From a bacterium (GTDB lineage Bacteria > UBA10199 > 2-02-FULL-50-16 > JAJFLM01), in assembly GCA_965216315.1 (NCBI GenBank), contig CBDCFN010000016.1, positions 224,001 to 288,000 on the forward strand: a DNA stretch of 64,000 bases. Reading direction: 5' to 3'. Shown here piece after piece: positions 56,713 through 64,000 of this stretch (the first letter of the stretch is position 1; the number at the start of each line of letters is the position of its first letter). Made by a program: the position numbers and the translations under genes. The notes under the pieces were generated by a model, which ran no database searches, had not been told where the DNA came from, and saw only the letters and a program-made list of their open reading frames with translations.

Positions 56713-58647
56713 ATGGCTGCCAACGACCCGACGAGTAAAGTCACGGAACTCAAGCAGGAACACGATGAGGCGATGGAAGTCGCCGAGGAGGCGCGCGAGA
56801 CGGAGTGGACGCGACCGAGTTTTGCGGCGGGTCTCTTTATGGGCAAGGTCGACGGCAAGCTTGTTACTCCCTATCCGGAATCCACGCCGGAACAAATTGT
56901 CGAAGGGGAGGCGCTCTTGAAAAAGGTTGAGGCCTTTATGAAGGAAAATGTCGATCCCGTCGCGGTCGACCGTGATAAAAAAATCCCACCGCATGTCGTA
57001 CAGGGCCTCAAGGACATGGGGCTCTTTGGCCTCAAGTTGCCGAAGGAATATGGCGGGCTCGGCATGTCGCAAGTCTATTACAGTAAAATCGTGGCCCTGA
57101 TTGGAAGCCATTGTGCGTCGACAGCCGTGTTGATGTCGGCTCATCAATCAATTGGTGTGCCTCAGCCGCTCAAGATATTCGGCACGAAAGAGCAGAAGAA
57201 GAAGTACCTGCCGCAACTCGCGAAGGGCGCAATCTCGGCCTTTGCCTTGACGGAGCCGGGCGTCGGCTCCGACCCCGCTAAGATGACGACGATGGCGGAA
57301 CTGAGTCAGGATGGGAAACATTATATTCTCAACGGAGAAAAACTGTGGTGCACCAATGGAACGGTCGCGGACCTTTTTATTGTCATGTCCCGAACACCGG
57401 ACAAAGTCATCAAGGGCAAACCTCGCAAGCAAATTACCGCCTTTATTGTTGAAGCGGATACACCGGGCGTTGAAATCGTGCATCGCTGTGAATTTTTGGG
57501 GCTCAAAGGAATCGAGAACGGATTGATTCGTTTTAATAACGTTAAGGTTCCGGTTGAGAATATTATCTGGGAAGAGGGTAAGGGTCTCAAGATTGCGTTG
57601 ACGACCTTGAATAATGGACGACTCACCTTGCCGGCGGCCTGTACGGCAGGCATGAAGCAATGTTTGAATATCTCGCGCAAGTGGTCACAAGATCGCGTCC
57701 AATGGGGGGCGCCTATCGGTAAGCACGAAGCGATTGCGAATAAGCTCGGCTGGATGGCCGCGACGGCCTACGGCACGGAGGCGGCGACCTATTACGCGTG
57801 TGGCCTGGTGGATCGAGGCAATGCCGATATTCGGCTCGAAGCTGCGATGGCCAAGATGTTTGCGTCCGAGCAGGTCTGGAAGGCGATCGATGAGACGCTG
57901 CAGATTCGCGGGGGCCGTGGCTATGAAACAGAGTCCTCCCTGTTGGCGCGTGGTGAGAAGCCGCTTGGAATTGAACGGATGATGCGGGATGCGCGCATCA
58001 ATATGATCATCGAAGGGTCTTCAGAGATTATGCGCCTTTTTATCGCCCGCGAGGCCCTGGATCCGCACATGAAGATCGGTGCCGATTTGATTAATCCTCG
58101 TTCATCAATGGGCAAGAAGATCGTGTCCTTTGTGAAGGCGAGTTGCTTTTACGCTTGGTGGTATCCCAGCCGTTGGTTTCCAACTTGGCTCTTCAAACGG
58201 CATGGTCGCTTTGGTCCCTTTGCGAAACATATGCGCTTTGTCGAACGCGCCAGCAAACGGCTCGCGCGCAATATCTTCCACGGGATGATGCGTTATCAGG
58301 CGGGACTGGAACGTCGTCAGATGTTCTTGGGTCGCATTGTCGAGATTGGTGCCGAACTTTTCGTTATCAGTGCCGCTTGTTCGCGCGCCCTGCACGACAT
58401 TAATGTCGGTAAGCCGCGCCAATCCGTTCATGACATGGCGGATCTTTTCTGTCGCCAGTCACGGCACCGCATCAAGAAACTCTTCCGGGCCTTATGGCGC
58501 AACGAGGATGCCCGTACCTATCGCGTCGCGCAGGAGTTTTTGCGGGATGAGCATGCCTGGCTCGAAGACGGCATTATCAAACCGCATGAGACTGCCGTCG
58601 AACAGTTGGAAGCCTTTGTGCGGAACGCTGAAAAGGCTGCGAGTTAG
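56713..58647 (+). CDS. Acyl-CoA dehydrogenase (VLCAD-like length)
   Basis: AFALTEPGVGSD, LNGEKLWCTNG, RVQWGAPIG, QIRGGRGY, RDARINMIIEGSSEI; AAGGAGG RBS. Confidence 0.93.
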   Translation: MAANDPTSKVTELKQEHDEAMEVAEEARETEWTRPSFAAGLFMGKVDGKLVTPYPESTPEQIVEGEALLKKVEAFMKENVDPVAVDRDKKIPPHVVQGLKDMGLFGLKLPKEYGGLGMSQVYYSKIVALIGSHCASTAVLMSAHQSIGVPQPLKIFGTKEQKKKYLPQLAKGAISAFALTEPGVGSDPAKMTTMAELSQDGKHYILNGEKLWCTNGTVADLFIVMSRTPDKVIKGKPRKQITAFIVEADTPGVEIVHRCEFLGLKGIENGLIRFNNVKVPVENIIWEEGKGLKIALTTLNNGRLTLPAACTAGMKQCLNISRKWSQDRVQWGAPIGKHEAIANKLGWMAATAYGTEAATYYACGLVDRGNADIRLEAAMAKMFASEQVWKAIDETLQIRGGRGYETESSLLARGEKPLGIERMMRDARINMIIEGSSEIMRLFIAREALDPHMKIGADLINPRSSMGKKIVSFVKASCFYAWWYPSRWFPTWLFKRHGRFGPFAKHMRFVERASKRLARNIFHGMMRYQAGLERRQMFLGRIVEIGAELFVISAACSRALHDINVGKPRQSVHDMADLFCRQSRHRIKKLFRALWRNEDARTYRVAQEFLRDEHAWLEDGIIKPHETAVEQLEAFVRNAEKAAS

Positions 58648-58671
58648 CGGCACTTCGCAAGGATTCGCACA

Positions 58672-58697
58672 CAACCCAGTGCCTTTTGAGTCGAAAA
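58672..58697 (+). promoter_or_regulatory. Sigma28-like promoter motif
   Basis: CAAC-CCAGTGCCTTTTGA-GTCGAAAA, 7 nt before the ATG. Confidence 0.5.
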
Positions 58698-58704
58698 GGG
58701 GGGC

Positions 58705-59508
58705 ATGCAATTCCTTGCCTCCATGTCGCTCAGTGTCCCCTTGCTGGCGGCTTCGAGTTCCAATATCTCTACGCCGCCCGTTACGCCTGATGCGGTGAAT
58801 CGGCCGCGGTTGACACTCGTGCCGCCGATGGATACAGGGGCCGGTCCTTCGCTCACCGATGCGATGTACGAGCGCTCTGTTTTGGAAGATGCGATCGATA
58901 ACTTTTTGTCACAGGAATTGAGGCGCGAGTCCAGTGATGCCCAATCATTGGCGCGCATCGCGGATCAACTGACAGCGACCATTAGGCGCAATCTGCCGGT
59001 GCTCTCGGCGACCTTATCGACGGAGCAGCGCGATAGAGTCCGAGCCATTGCTGGGAAGGCCAGTGTCTCTGAACAAAGCGCCCTGATTGAATACTTAGCC
59101 AATGCAAGCCTGTTTAGTTCACTCCGTATCTATTATGATTTGCAGCCGCAGGAGCGCGTTTCGATGCATGATCTTGCAGGTGGTTTTATTGCCTTGTCGC
59201 AGAACGGTTCCATCATCAGTAGTTCGCCGCATGTGCGACCGACATCCAATCGTATGATTCATTATATGCGCATGCCCTCTCGCAACATTAACATGGACCC
59301 GGCGGTCAGTACTCGCGGACAACTCTTGGAAGATGTCCAGGTGGGGCATCGTTTTAAGAGCTCCGCTTTCCGTAGTTCTCAGGTGACGCTGCTTCTTTAT
59401 ATCGACCCTTCAAAGGCCCGCGAGTTCGAGCAGCTCCGCGAGTGGGTGGCGACGGCGACGAGTTCCATCCATCATAGCGTCATCGGCCGCCACGATTCCG
59501 ACTCTTAA
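58705..59508 (+). CDS. Hypothetical protein with Ser/Pro-rich N-terminus
   Basis: 267-aa ORF; MQFLASMSLSVPLLAASSSNISTPPVTP; no recognised family. Confidence 0.6.
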   Translation: MQFLASMSLSVPLLAASSSNISTPPVTPDAVNRPRLTLVPPMDTGAGPSLTDAMYERSVLEDAIDNFLSQELRRESSDAQSLARIADQLTATIRRNLPVLSATLSTEQRDRVRAIAGKASVSEQSALIEYLANASLFSSLRIYYDLQPQERVSMHDLAGGFIALSQNGSIISSSPHVRPTSNRMIHYMRMPSRNINMDPAVSTRGQLLEDVQVGHRFKSSAFRSSQVTLLLYIDPSKAREFEQLREWVATATSSIHHSVIGRHDSDS

Positions 59509-59660
59509 GTAAATCCGATCATCCCTTTGTTGTGGTGTCTAGACCGCGCACTGGTGTGCCCGAACCCCAAATTATGTATACAGTAAATTTCTATATATTC
59601 AGTAGTTATAAAATTGATTAATAATAACAATATGTTAAAAAAGTAAAAATTAACAATATT

Positions 59661-59676
59661 TGGCATATGTGTTGCA
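59661..59676 (+). promoter_or_regulatory. Sigma54 -24/-12 promoter
   Basis: TGGCATATGTGTTGCA; AT-rich upstream tract; AGGAGG RBS downstream. Confidence 0.75.
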
Positions 59677-59717
59677 TTTACCTCCAGCATCGGAATTAAC
59701 GAACCAGGAGGTCTCAC

Positions 59718-60221
59718 ATGCGTACTCACCTTATCGTAGGCTTTGTTTTGTCATTTTGTTTGGTAGGGATTCAATTGGCTCACGCCGCCGATTTAGAAAA
59801 GTTTGATGTTACCGAGCAGACGGCCAACGAACTCATCCACTTAGATGAAGACAATGAGTGTCGCGCGCGAGCCGAGTATAAATCACTCCAGTGTCATCAG
59901 CGTTATCTTGATTGTCAGGAAGAAGCGAAGAGCTTTTTGGGTCGCATTAATTGTACAAATCGAAAGACGTCTTGTCAGCTGGTAGCTAAGTTGGAAGCGT
60001 TAGAGTGTGAACATAGCAAGAATAATAATCAGCTTGAGAACCTAAAGGCTGAACAAGAAGAGGCGGCGCGTTTTGAACTTGATGACGATGCTGATGCCGT
60101 TCAACAGGAAGACCTGATGGATCTTGATTCACCGGAAGACCATCACTATGAATATGATCCGAATGCTTTGTATGACGAATATCGCAAGCAGCAGAGGCAG
60201 CAAGCCAGGTGGAGTGCCTAA
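59718..60221 (+). CDS. Exported cysteine-rich, acidic hypothetical protein
   Basis: Signal peptide (AHA); six mature Cys spaced C-x10-C-x6-C-x13-C-x6-C-x10-C. Confidence 0.7.
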   Translation: MRTHLIVGFVLSFCLVGIQLAHAADLEKFDVTEQTANELIHLDEDNECRARAEYKSLQCHQRYLDCQEEAKSFLGRINCTNRKTSCQLVAKLEALECEHSKNNNQLENLKAEQEEAARFELDDDADAVQQEDLMDLDSPEDHHYEYDPNALYDEYRKQQRQQARWSA

Positions 60222-60395
60222 GGCCCTAGCGGAGCTTCAGTAAAATTCAGAAAAAACAATTATTTTGACAACATCAGAGTGTATTCATCCGATAATAATT
60301 AAGTGATTATAAGGGGTTATGAGTAAATTCCTTATTGATTACAACAGCTTGTATATCGATTTGTATACAGGTACAATGAGACATAGAGATTAGAG

Positions 60396-61247
60396 ATGGC
60401 ACGTAAAGTCCCCAATGTCAGTGTTTTTGAGTACGTCGATTACCGTGAGTATCTGCGGGATTGGTATCAGGATGCCAAGGCGAACCGCCGGGGCTTCTCC
60501 TTTCGTGCCTTTTCGCAGGAGGCCGGCTTTAACTCGCCGAACTTCTACAAACTCGTCATGGACGGAGACCGCAACCTGACCGAAAAGAGCATCATTCCCT
60601 TTATGAAGGGACTGCGCCTCAATAAGCAAGAACAGGAATTTTTTAAGAATCTCGTCTTCTTTACGCAGTCGAAGTCGCACGAAAAGAAGAACCACTTTTA
60701 TCATCGGATGACACAGTCTCGAAAGTTTTCGAAACTGAAACCGCTGGAAAAAAGGCAGTATGACTTCTATGCTTCCTGGTACCACCCGATTGTTCGAGAG
60801 CTGGTGACCTCGAGCGATTTTGATGGGACAGCGGAGTGGTTGGTGAAGCGGATTCGTCCTGAAATTACCGTGTCGCAGGCGACAAAATCTCTGGAGCTGT
60901 TAGCGATGTTGGGATTGATACGACGTATTGATGATGGGACCTGGGAACAGATTGACAGTTTGATCACGACGGGTCCGGAGATCAAGTCCAGTGTCATCAT
61001 GCAGTATCACCAGAATCTACTCGAGTTGGCAGCGCGCCAACTGACGGTGATTCCCGCGCAACAACGCGATGTGAGTTCGATGACCTTGGGCATTACACCC
61101 GATCAAATTCCCGTCCTCAAAGAGAAGATTCAAGAGTTTCAGAAAGAGATTCTGAAGACCGTGTCGACAACGGTCAATTCCAGTCAGGTCGTTTTATTGA
61201 ATGTTCAGTTGTTGCCCGTGACAAAACTGGAGGGCGATGACTCATGA
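60396..61247 (+). CDS. TIGR02147 family protein (N-terminal HTH, DUF4423-like C-terminus)
   Basis: VFEY.DYREYL.D.Y...K.....FSFR.FS..AGF.SPNF.KLVM.G.RNL, WYHPIVREL, RDVSSMT, LNVQL.P. Confidence 0.85.
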   Translation: MARKVPNVSVFEYVDYREYLRDWYQDAKANRRGFSFRAFSQEAGFNSPNFYKLVMDGDRNLTEKSIIPFMKGLRLNKQEQEFFKNLVFFTQSKSHEKKNHFYHRMTQSRKFSKLKPLEKRQYDFYASWYHPIVRELVTSSDFDGTAEWLVKRIRPEITVSQATKSLELLAMLGLIRRIDDGTWEQIDSLITTGPEIKSSVIMQYHQNLLELAARQLTVIPAQQRDVSSMTLGITPDQIPVLKEKIQEFQKEILKTVSTTVNSSQVVLLNVQLLPVTKLEGDDS

Positions 61248-62485
61248 AGCGACTCGGTTTTCTCGCCCTGATGGCCTTTATCTGTATCGGAACGATGGGT
61301 CCCGGGACGTGCGCCAGCACAGGTGAGGAGAGCCCCAGTGCGGATCCGCAAGGAGGTTCGGTCGCGGGGAATGCCGATACGGATTGGGGTGGCTCCCAGG
61401 CCGGGAATCCGGAGGGGGGTTCCGTCGCCCAGAATCCGGTTGAGTACCGGGTTATTAAAGGTTTCTTTGCTACGATCAAGGTGGATGATGGACAAGAACA
61501 GTGCGAGTTTCAAAATGCCGTCCTGGTCAATGACGAGTTGGAACACACGGTCGCCGTGGTCGATCCCGTCGACTGCACTTTTGAGCAGCAATGGCCCGTC
61601 GGCGAACCGATGGCCTTGGTCGGCGTGAAAGGGAAGCAGCAAGAATTCTCCGTCGGTGATTTGGATGAAAGGATCTACCAGATCATCGGTCCGGGGCCGG
61701 CCCTGCAGGTCGGCGAAAGCGCGCAACCGATTGATCTAGGCTTGATTACGGAAAATGCCGAGACAGCAAGGTTGGAACCCCAATATCCGATTAAAGAAGA
61801 AGACCTTATTAGCGCGAGCGGAAGCGATAGCGATGGGGATGGTATCCCCGACGCTTATGATGATTTTAATAACGACTGGTATTACGGTTTCTATGAGCCG
61901 GGACAATTGATCAGCAATGTTGCGGTGGGGGCCGATCATGACGTCAATTTCTGTCCTCCGTCTCCGGAGACCGTGAAAGTGCAGGTCAAGAAATGGTTTC
62001 CTAAGGAAGGTTCGACACATCCGCATGCCACGGAAGTGGTGGGGTCGAATGGCGTTGAACTGGTGATTCACTATCAAGTTGATGGTAAGGATGCGCGGGA
62101 ACGGACCTTCGGGACGATCGGTACTGTCGAAGCGGGCTTTATTAAAACGGGCGGCAATAAATACGTTGGAGACACTATTTACTCCATCGAATGTCGAGGC
62201 TGGTTAACACACGAAGAACCTCATCCCGCGGATCAGCTCACTTTGAGGATAGGTTGTTATTATCGACTGCCGAATGCGTCGTCGGATGCGGCGGCCTGCG
62301 TCTACTGGGACTACGTGAAAATGCTGTTCGATCTGAAATCGATTACCAAGGATGATATCGATGTGACGCAGCCGATCAATCAGGCGCCGGTTCAGATTGA
62401 CGACTATCCGGAGCCCTTGATGCTTCCCCAGGGCCCCTCTTCCGGTGCCGGGCCGAGTTCGTTCGAGCCTTATGTGTTTCCCTAG
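61244..62485 (+). CDS. Exported hypothetical protein with GGSxAGNP repeats (paralog 1)
   Basis: Hydrophobic N-terminus then MGPGTC; three GGS.A.N repeats; DSDGDG; several Cys; ATGA-coupled to the TIGR02147 gene. Confidence 0.75.
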   Translation: MKRLGFLALMAFICIGTMGPGTCASTGEESPSADPQGGSVAGNADTDWGGSQAGNPEGGSVAQNPVEYRVIKGFFATIKVDDGQEQCEFQNAVLVNDELEHTVAVVDPVDCTFEQQWPVGEPMALVGVKGKQQEFSVGDLDERIYQIIGPGPALQVGESAQPIDLGLITENAETARLEPQYPIKEEDLISASGSDSDGDGIPDAYDDFNNDWYYGFYEPGQLISNVAVGADHDVNFCPPSPETVKVQVKKWFPKEGSTHPHATEVVGSNGVELVIHYQVDGKDARERTFGTIGTVEAGFIKTGGNKYVGDTIYSIECRGWLTHEEPHPADQLTLRIGCYYRLPNASSDAAACVYWDYVKMLFDLKSITKDDIDVTQPINQAPVQIDDYPEPLMLPQGPSSGAGPSSFEPYVFP

Positions 62486-62489
62486 TTAT

Positions 62490-62611
62490 TTATCATTTTG
62501 ATAAAAATTATCAAAGTGATAATCATGGCCCAGAGGTTGTGATTAAATTATCTAATAATTATAGATAGTTATAAATGTCGCCCTGCGTCAGTCTTTGGCA
62601 CTTTACTTGCA
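62490..62611 (+). promoter_or_regulatory. Sigma54 promoter with tandem enhancer sites
   Basis: TTATCATTTTGATAA (62490), TTATCAAAGTGATAA (62508), TGGCACTTTACTTGCA (62596-62611). Confidence 0.82.
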
Positions 62612-62628
62612 CAGCATAAGGAATAGAG

Positions 62629-63873
62629 ATGATGACGACACCACCTTTACGCGCCTATTCGTGCTTAATCCTACTCGCGGTAGCGACGCTCTTTTTGATG
62701 GGGCCGGGCAAGGCCGGTTGTATGGGCGGTTCTTCGGTAGAGAGCGGAGCGAACAGCGCCGCAACGAGTGACATCGACATTGAGGCCGGTGAAGCGGAAG
62801 GCGGTTCGGTGGCCGGCAATCCGGAAGGCGAGTGGGGTGGTTCTCAGGCTGGCAATCCGGAAGGCGGTTCGGTGGTCGGCAATCCAGTGCGTTTGATCGT
62901 TGGTTCGATTAACAAGGTGACCGACGACTTTGGGAATGAGAGCTGTGAATTTGACAAGGTTATTTTTGTTGATTCGGGACTCAAACACGAAACGGACGAA
63001 ATAACGGCGGTCGATGATTGTCGTTTTAGTCACGAGATAGTGGTCGCCAAAGAAGATGATCCGGAATCAGCTGTGGGTAAGGCCGTGGCTGTCGTGCCTT
63101 TGGCAGAGGGAGAAAACTTTGCGGTTTCCGATCTCGGCGGCGGCGATGCCTGGAAAATAATAGGTCCGGGAACGGCACCGGAAGGTGAGGCCAAGCCAAT
63201 CGATCTCGGGCTAGTGAAAAGAGATGCCGTCACACTACGAGCTATTCCGAGCCTGGAAATTGCTGCGGATGATCTTGTCATCCCACCCGAACTGGTCGAT
63301 ATGGATGGGGATGGCTTGCATGACGGCTATGACGATTTCATGACCGAGTGGATGTACGGATTTTATTTGCCGGCTTCGATTAAGTCGCGCAGCGGTCTTA
63401 AAGAGGTTCAAGATGTCAGTTACTGTCCTTATTACAAGCATACGGTCCAACTCGAACTAAAACCGTCCGTGCTTAAGGAAAACCCTTATCTGAAAGAAGC
63501 CATCCCGATCGGCGCGGCGCCGAGTCCCGACGATGAGGAAGCCAATGAGCAGGAGGCGGCCGGAAAGTTATTGGAGCTGCTGATCCATTATAAAGTCCTC
63601 GGCGAAATGACGGCCGGACCGACGGTGCCCAAAATGCAGAAGACCTTCGGGACCGTCGAGGCAGGTTTCCTGCGAACCTACGGTTCAGCGTATTTCAATT
63701 CGAAGCTTTATCATGTCGAATGTAAAGGCTGGTTGGAGCGTCAGGAAAGCTCGCCGGAACAAACAGCGGACTTGGATGTCTTGTGTCAGTACGTGGAAAA
63801 AGGTTATGGCAAGCCGGCAGACCCGCTGAGGGGAACCTGCTATTTCTGGGATGCAAAGAAGATAGTTCCTTAG
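62629..63873 (+). CDS. Exported hypothetical protein with GGSxAGNP repeats (paralog 2)
   Basis: MGPGKAGC; shares WGGSQAGNPEGGSV, IIGPG.A, PIDLGL, D.DGDG..D.YDDF..W.YGFY.P, GTVEAGF, EC.GWL and C..WD with paralog 1. Confidence 0.78.
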   Translation: MMTTPPLRAYSCLILLAVATLFLMGPGKAGCMGGSSVESGANSAATSDIDIEAGEAEGGSVAGNPEGEWGGSQAGNPEGGSVVGNPVRLIVGSINKVTDDFGNESCEFDKVIFVDSGLKHETDEITAVDDCRFSHEIVVAKEDDPESAVGKAVAVVPLAEGENFAVSDLGGGDAWKIIGPGTAPEGEAKPIDLGLVKRDAVTLRAIPSLEIAADDLVIPPELVDMDGDGLHDGYDDFMTEWMYGFYLPASIKSRSGLKEVQDVSYCPYYKHTVQLELKPSVLKENPYLKEAIPIGAAPSPDDEEANEQEAAGKLLELLIHYKVLGEMTAGPTVPKMQKTFGTVEAGFLRTYGSAYFNSKLYHVECKGWLERQESSPEQTADLDVLCQYVEKGYGKPADPLRGTCYFWDAKKIVP

Positions 63874-63994
63874 TAAGACCCCTTTCCGTCTGTATTCAAA
63901 CGTATACTAAAAATTCATCGTGCGAGCACTTTTAATTGTGTCGGCGTCGATACAATTCTAAGTGAGGCAGTACATTCAGCGGAGGAATGCTCTC

Positions 63995-64000
63995 ATGAAA
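63995..64000 (+). other. Probable start of the next gene
   Basis: GGAGG followed by ATGAAA at the window edge. Confidence 0.4.

Noticed and set aside
61350..62890. CRISPR array or VNTR at the GGSxAGNP repeats
   Set aside because: The repeats are in-frame coding with synonymous variation; no constant repeat-spacer structure or cas genes anywhere in the window.

Overview
Chromosomal window from a Gram-negative bacterium with moderate GC. The gene content (lolA, TonB system, many sigma54 promoters, a TIGR02147-family protein) suggests a deltaproteobacterial-type lineage; this is inference only. Left third: housekeeping genes ftsK-lolA-comF and a REC-GGDEF gene, then about 16 kb of co-oriented genes (nfi, TPR, patatin, xseA, xseB, ispA, yjbQ, RuBisCO-like protein, tlyA, TPR, LolB-like, oppABCDF), followed by sigma54-driven glnK-amtB divergent from a GAF-AAA+ activator. 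Middle: accessory genes (metallopeptidase lipoprotein followed by a MITE and a multi-hairpin RNA candidate, a large orphan GGDEF protein, a JAMM-like protein, a glycosyltransferase, an HTH plus nucleotidyltransferase pair beside a tRNA remnant, hydantoinase/oxoprolinase, an FG-GAP protein). Right: a cobalamin-riboswitch-controlled B12 uptake operon with two extra lipoproteins, queC-like/queD/GATase, acyl-CoA dehydrogenase, and TIGR02147 followed by tandem paralogous exported proteins. Main signals: (1) a recurrent CAAC-N13/14-[G/T]NCGAWAN-like, sigma28-type promoter found in front of five orphan genes that lack signal peptides and have Ser/Ala/Pro-rich N-termini, a candidate secreted-effector regulon; (2) a sigma54 regulon of exported proteins sharing a paired TTATCAAAATGATAA enhancer; (3) yjbQ plus a form IV RuBisCO-like gene in the slot normally held by dxs; (4) a 47-codon in-frame mini-ORF between oppB and oppC that repeats the OppB C-terminus with only synonymous changes. 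No CRISPR array, rRNA, intact tRNA, transposase or integrase was seen. All family calls come from motif recognition by eye, not database searches.
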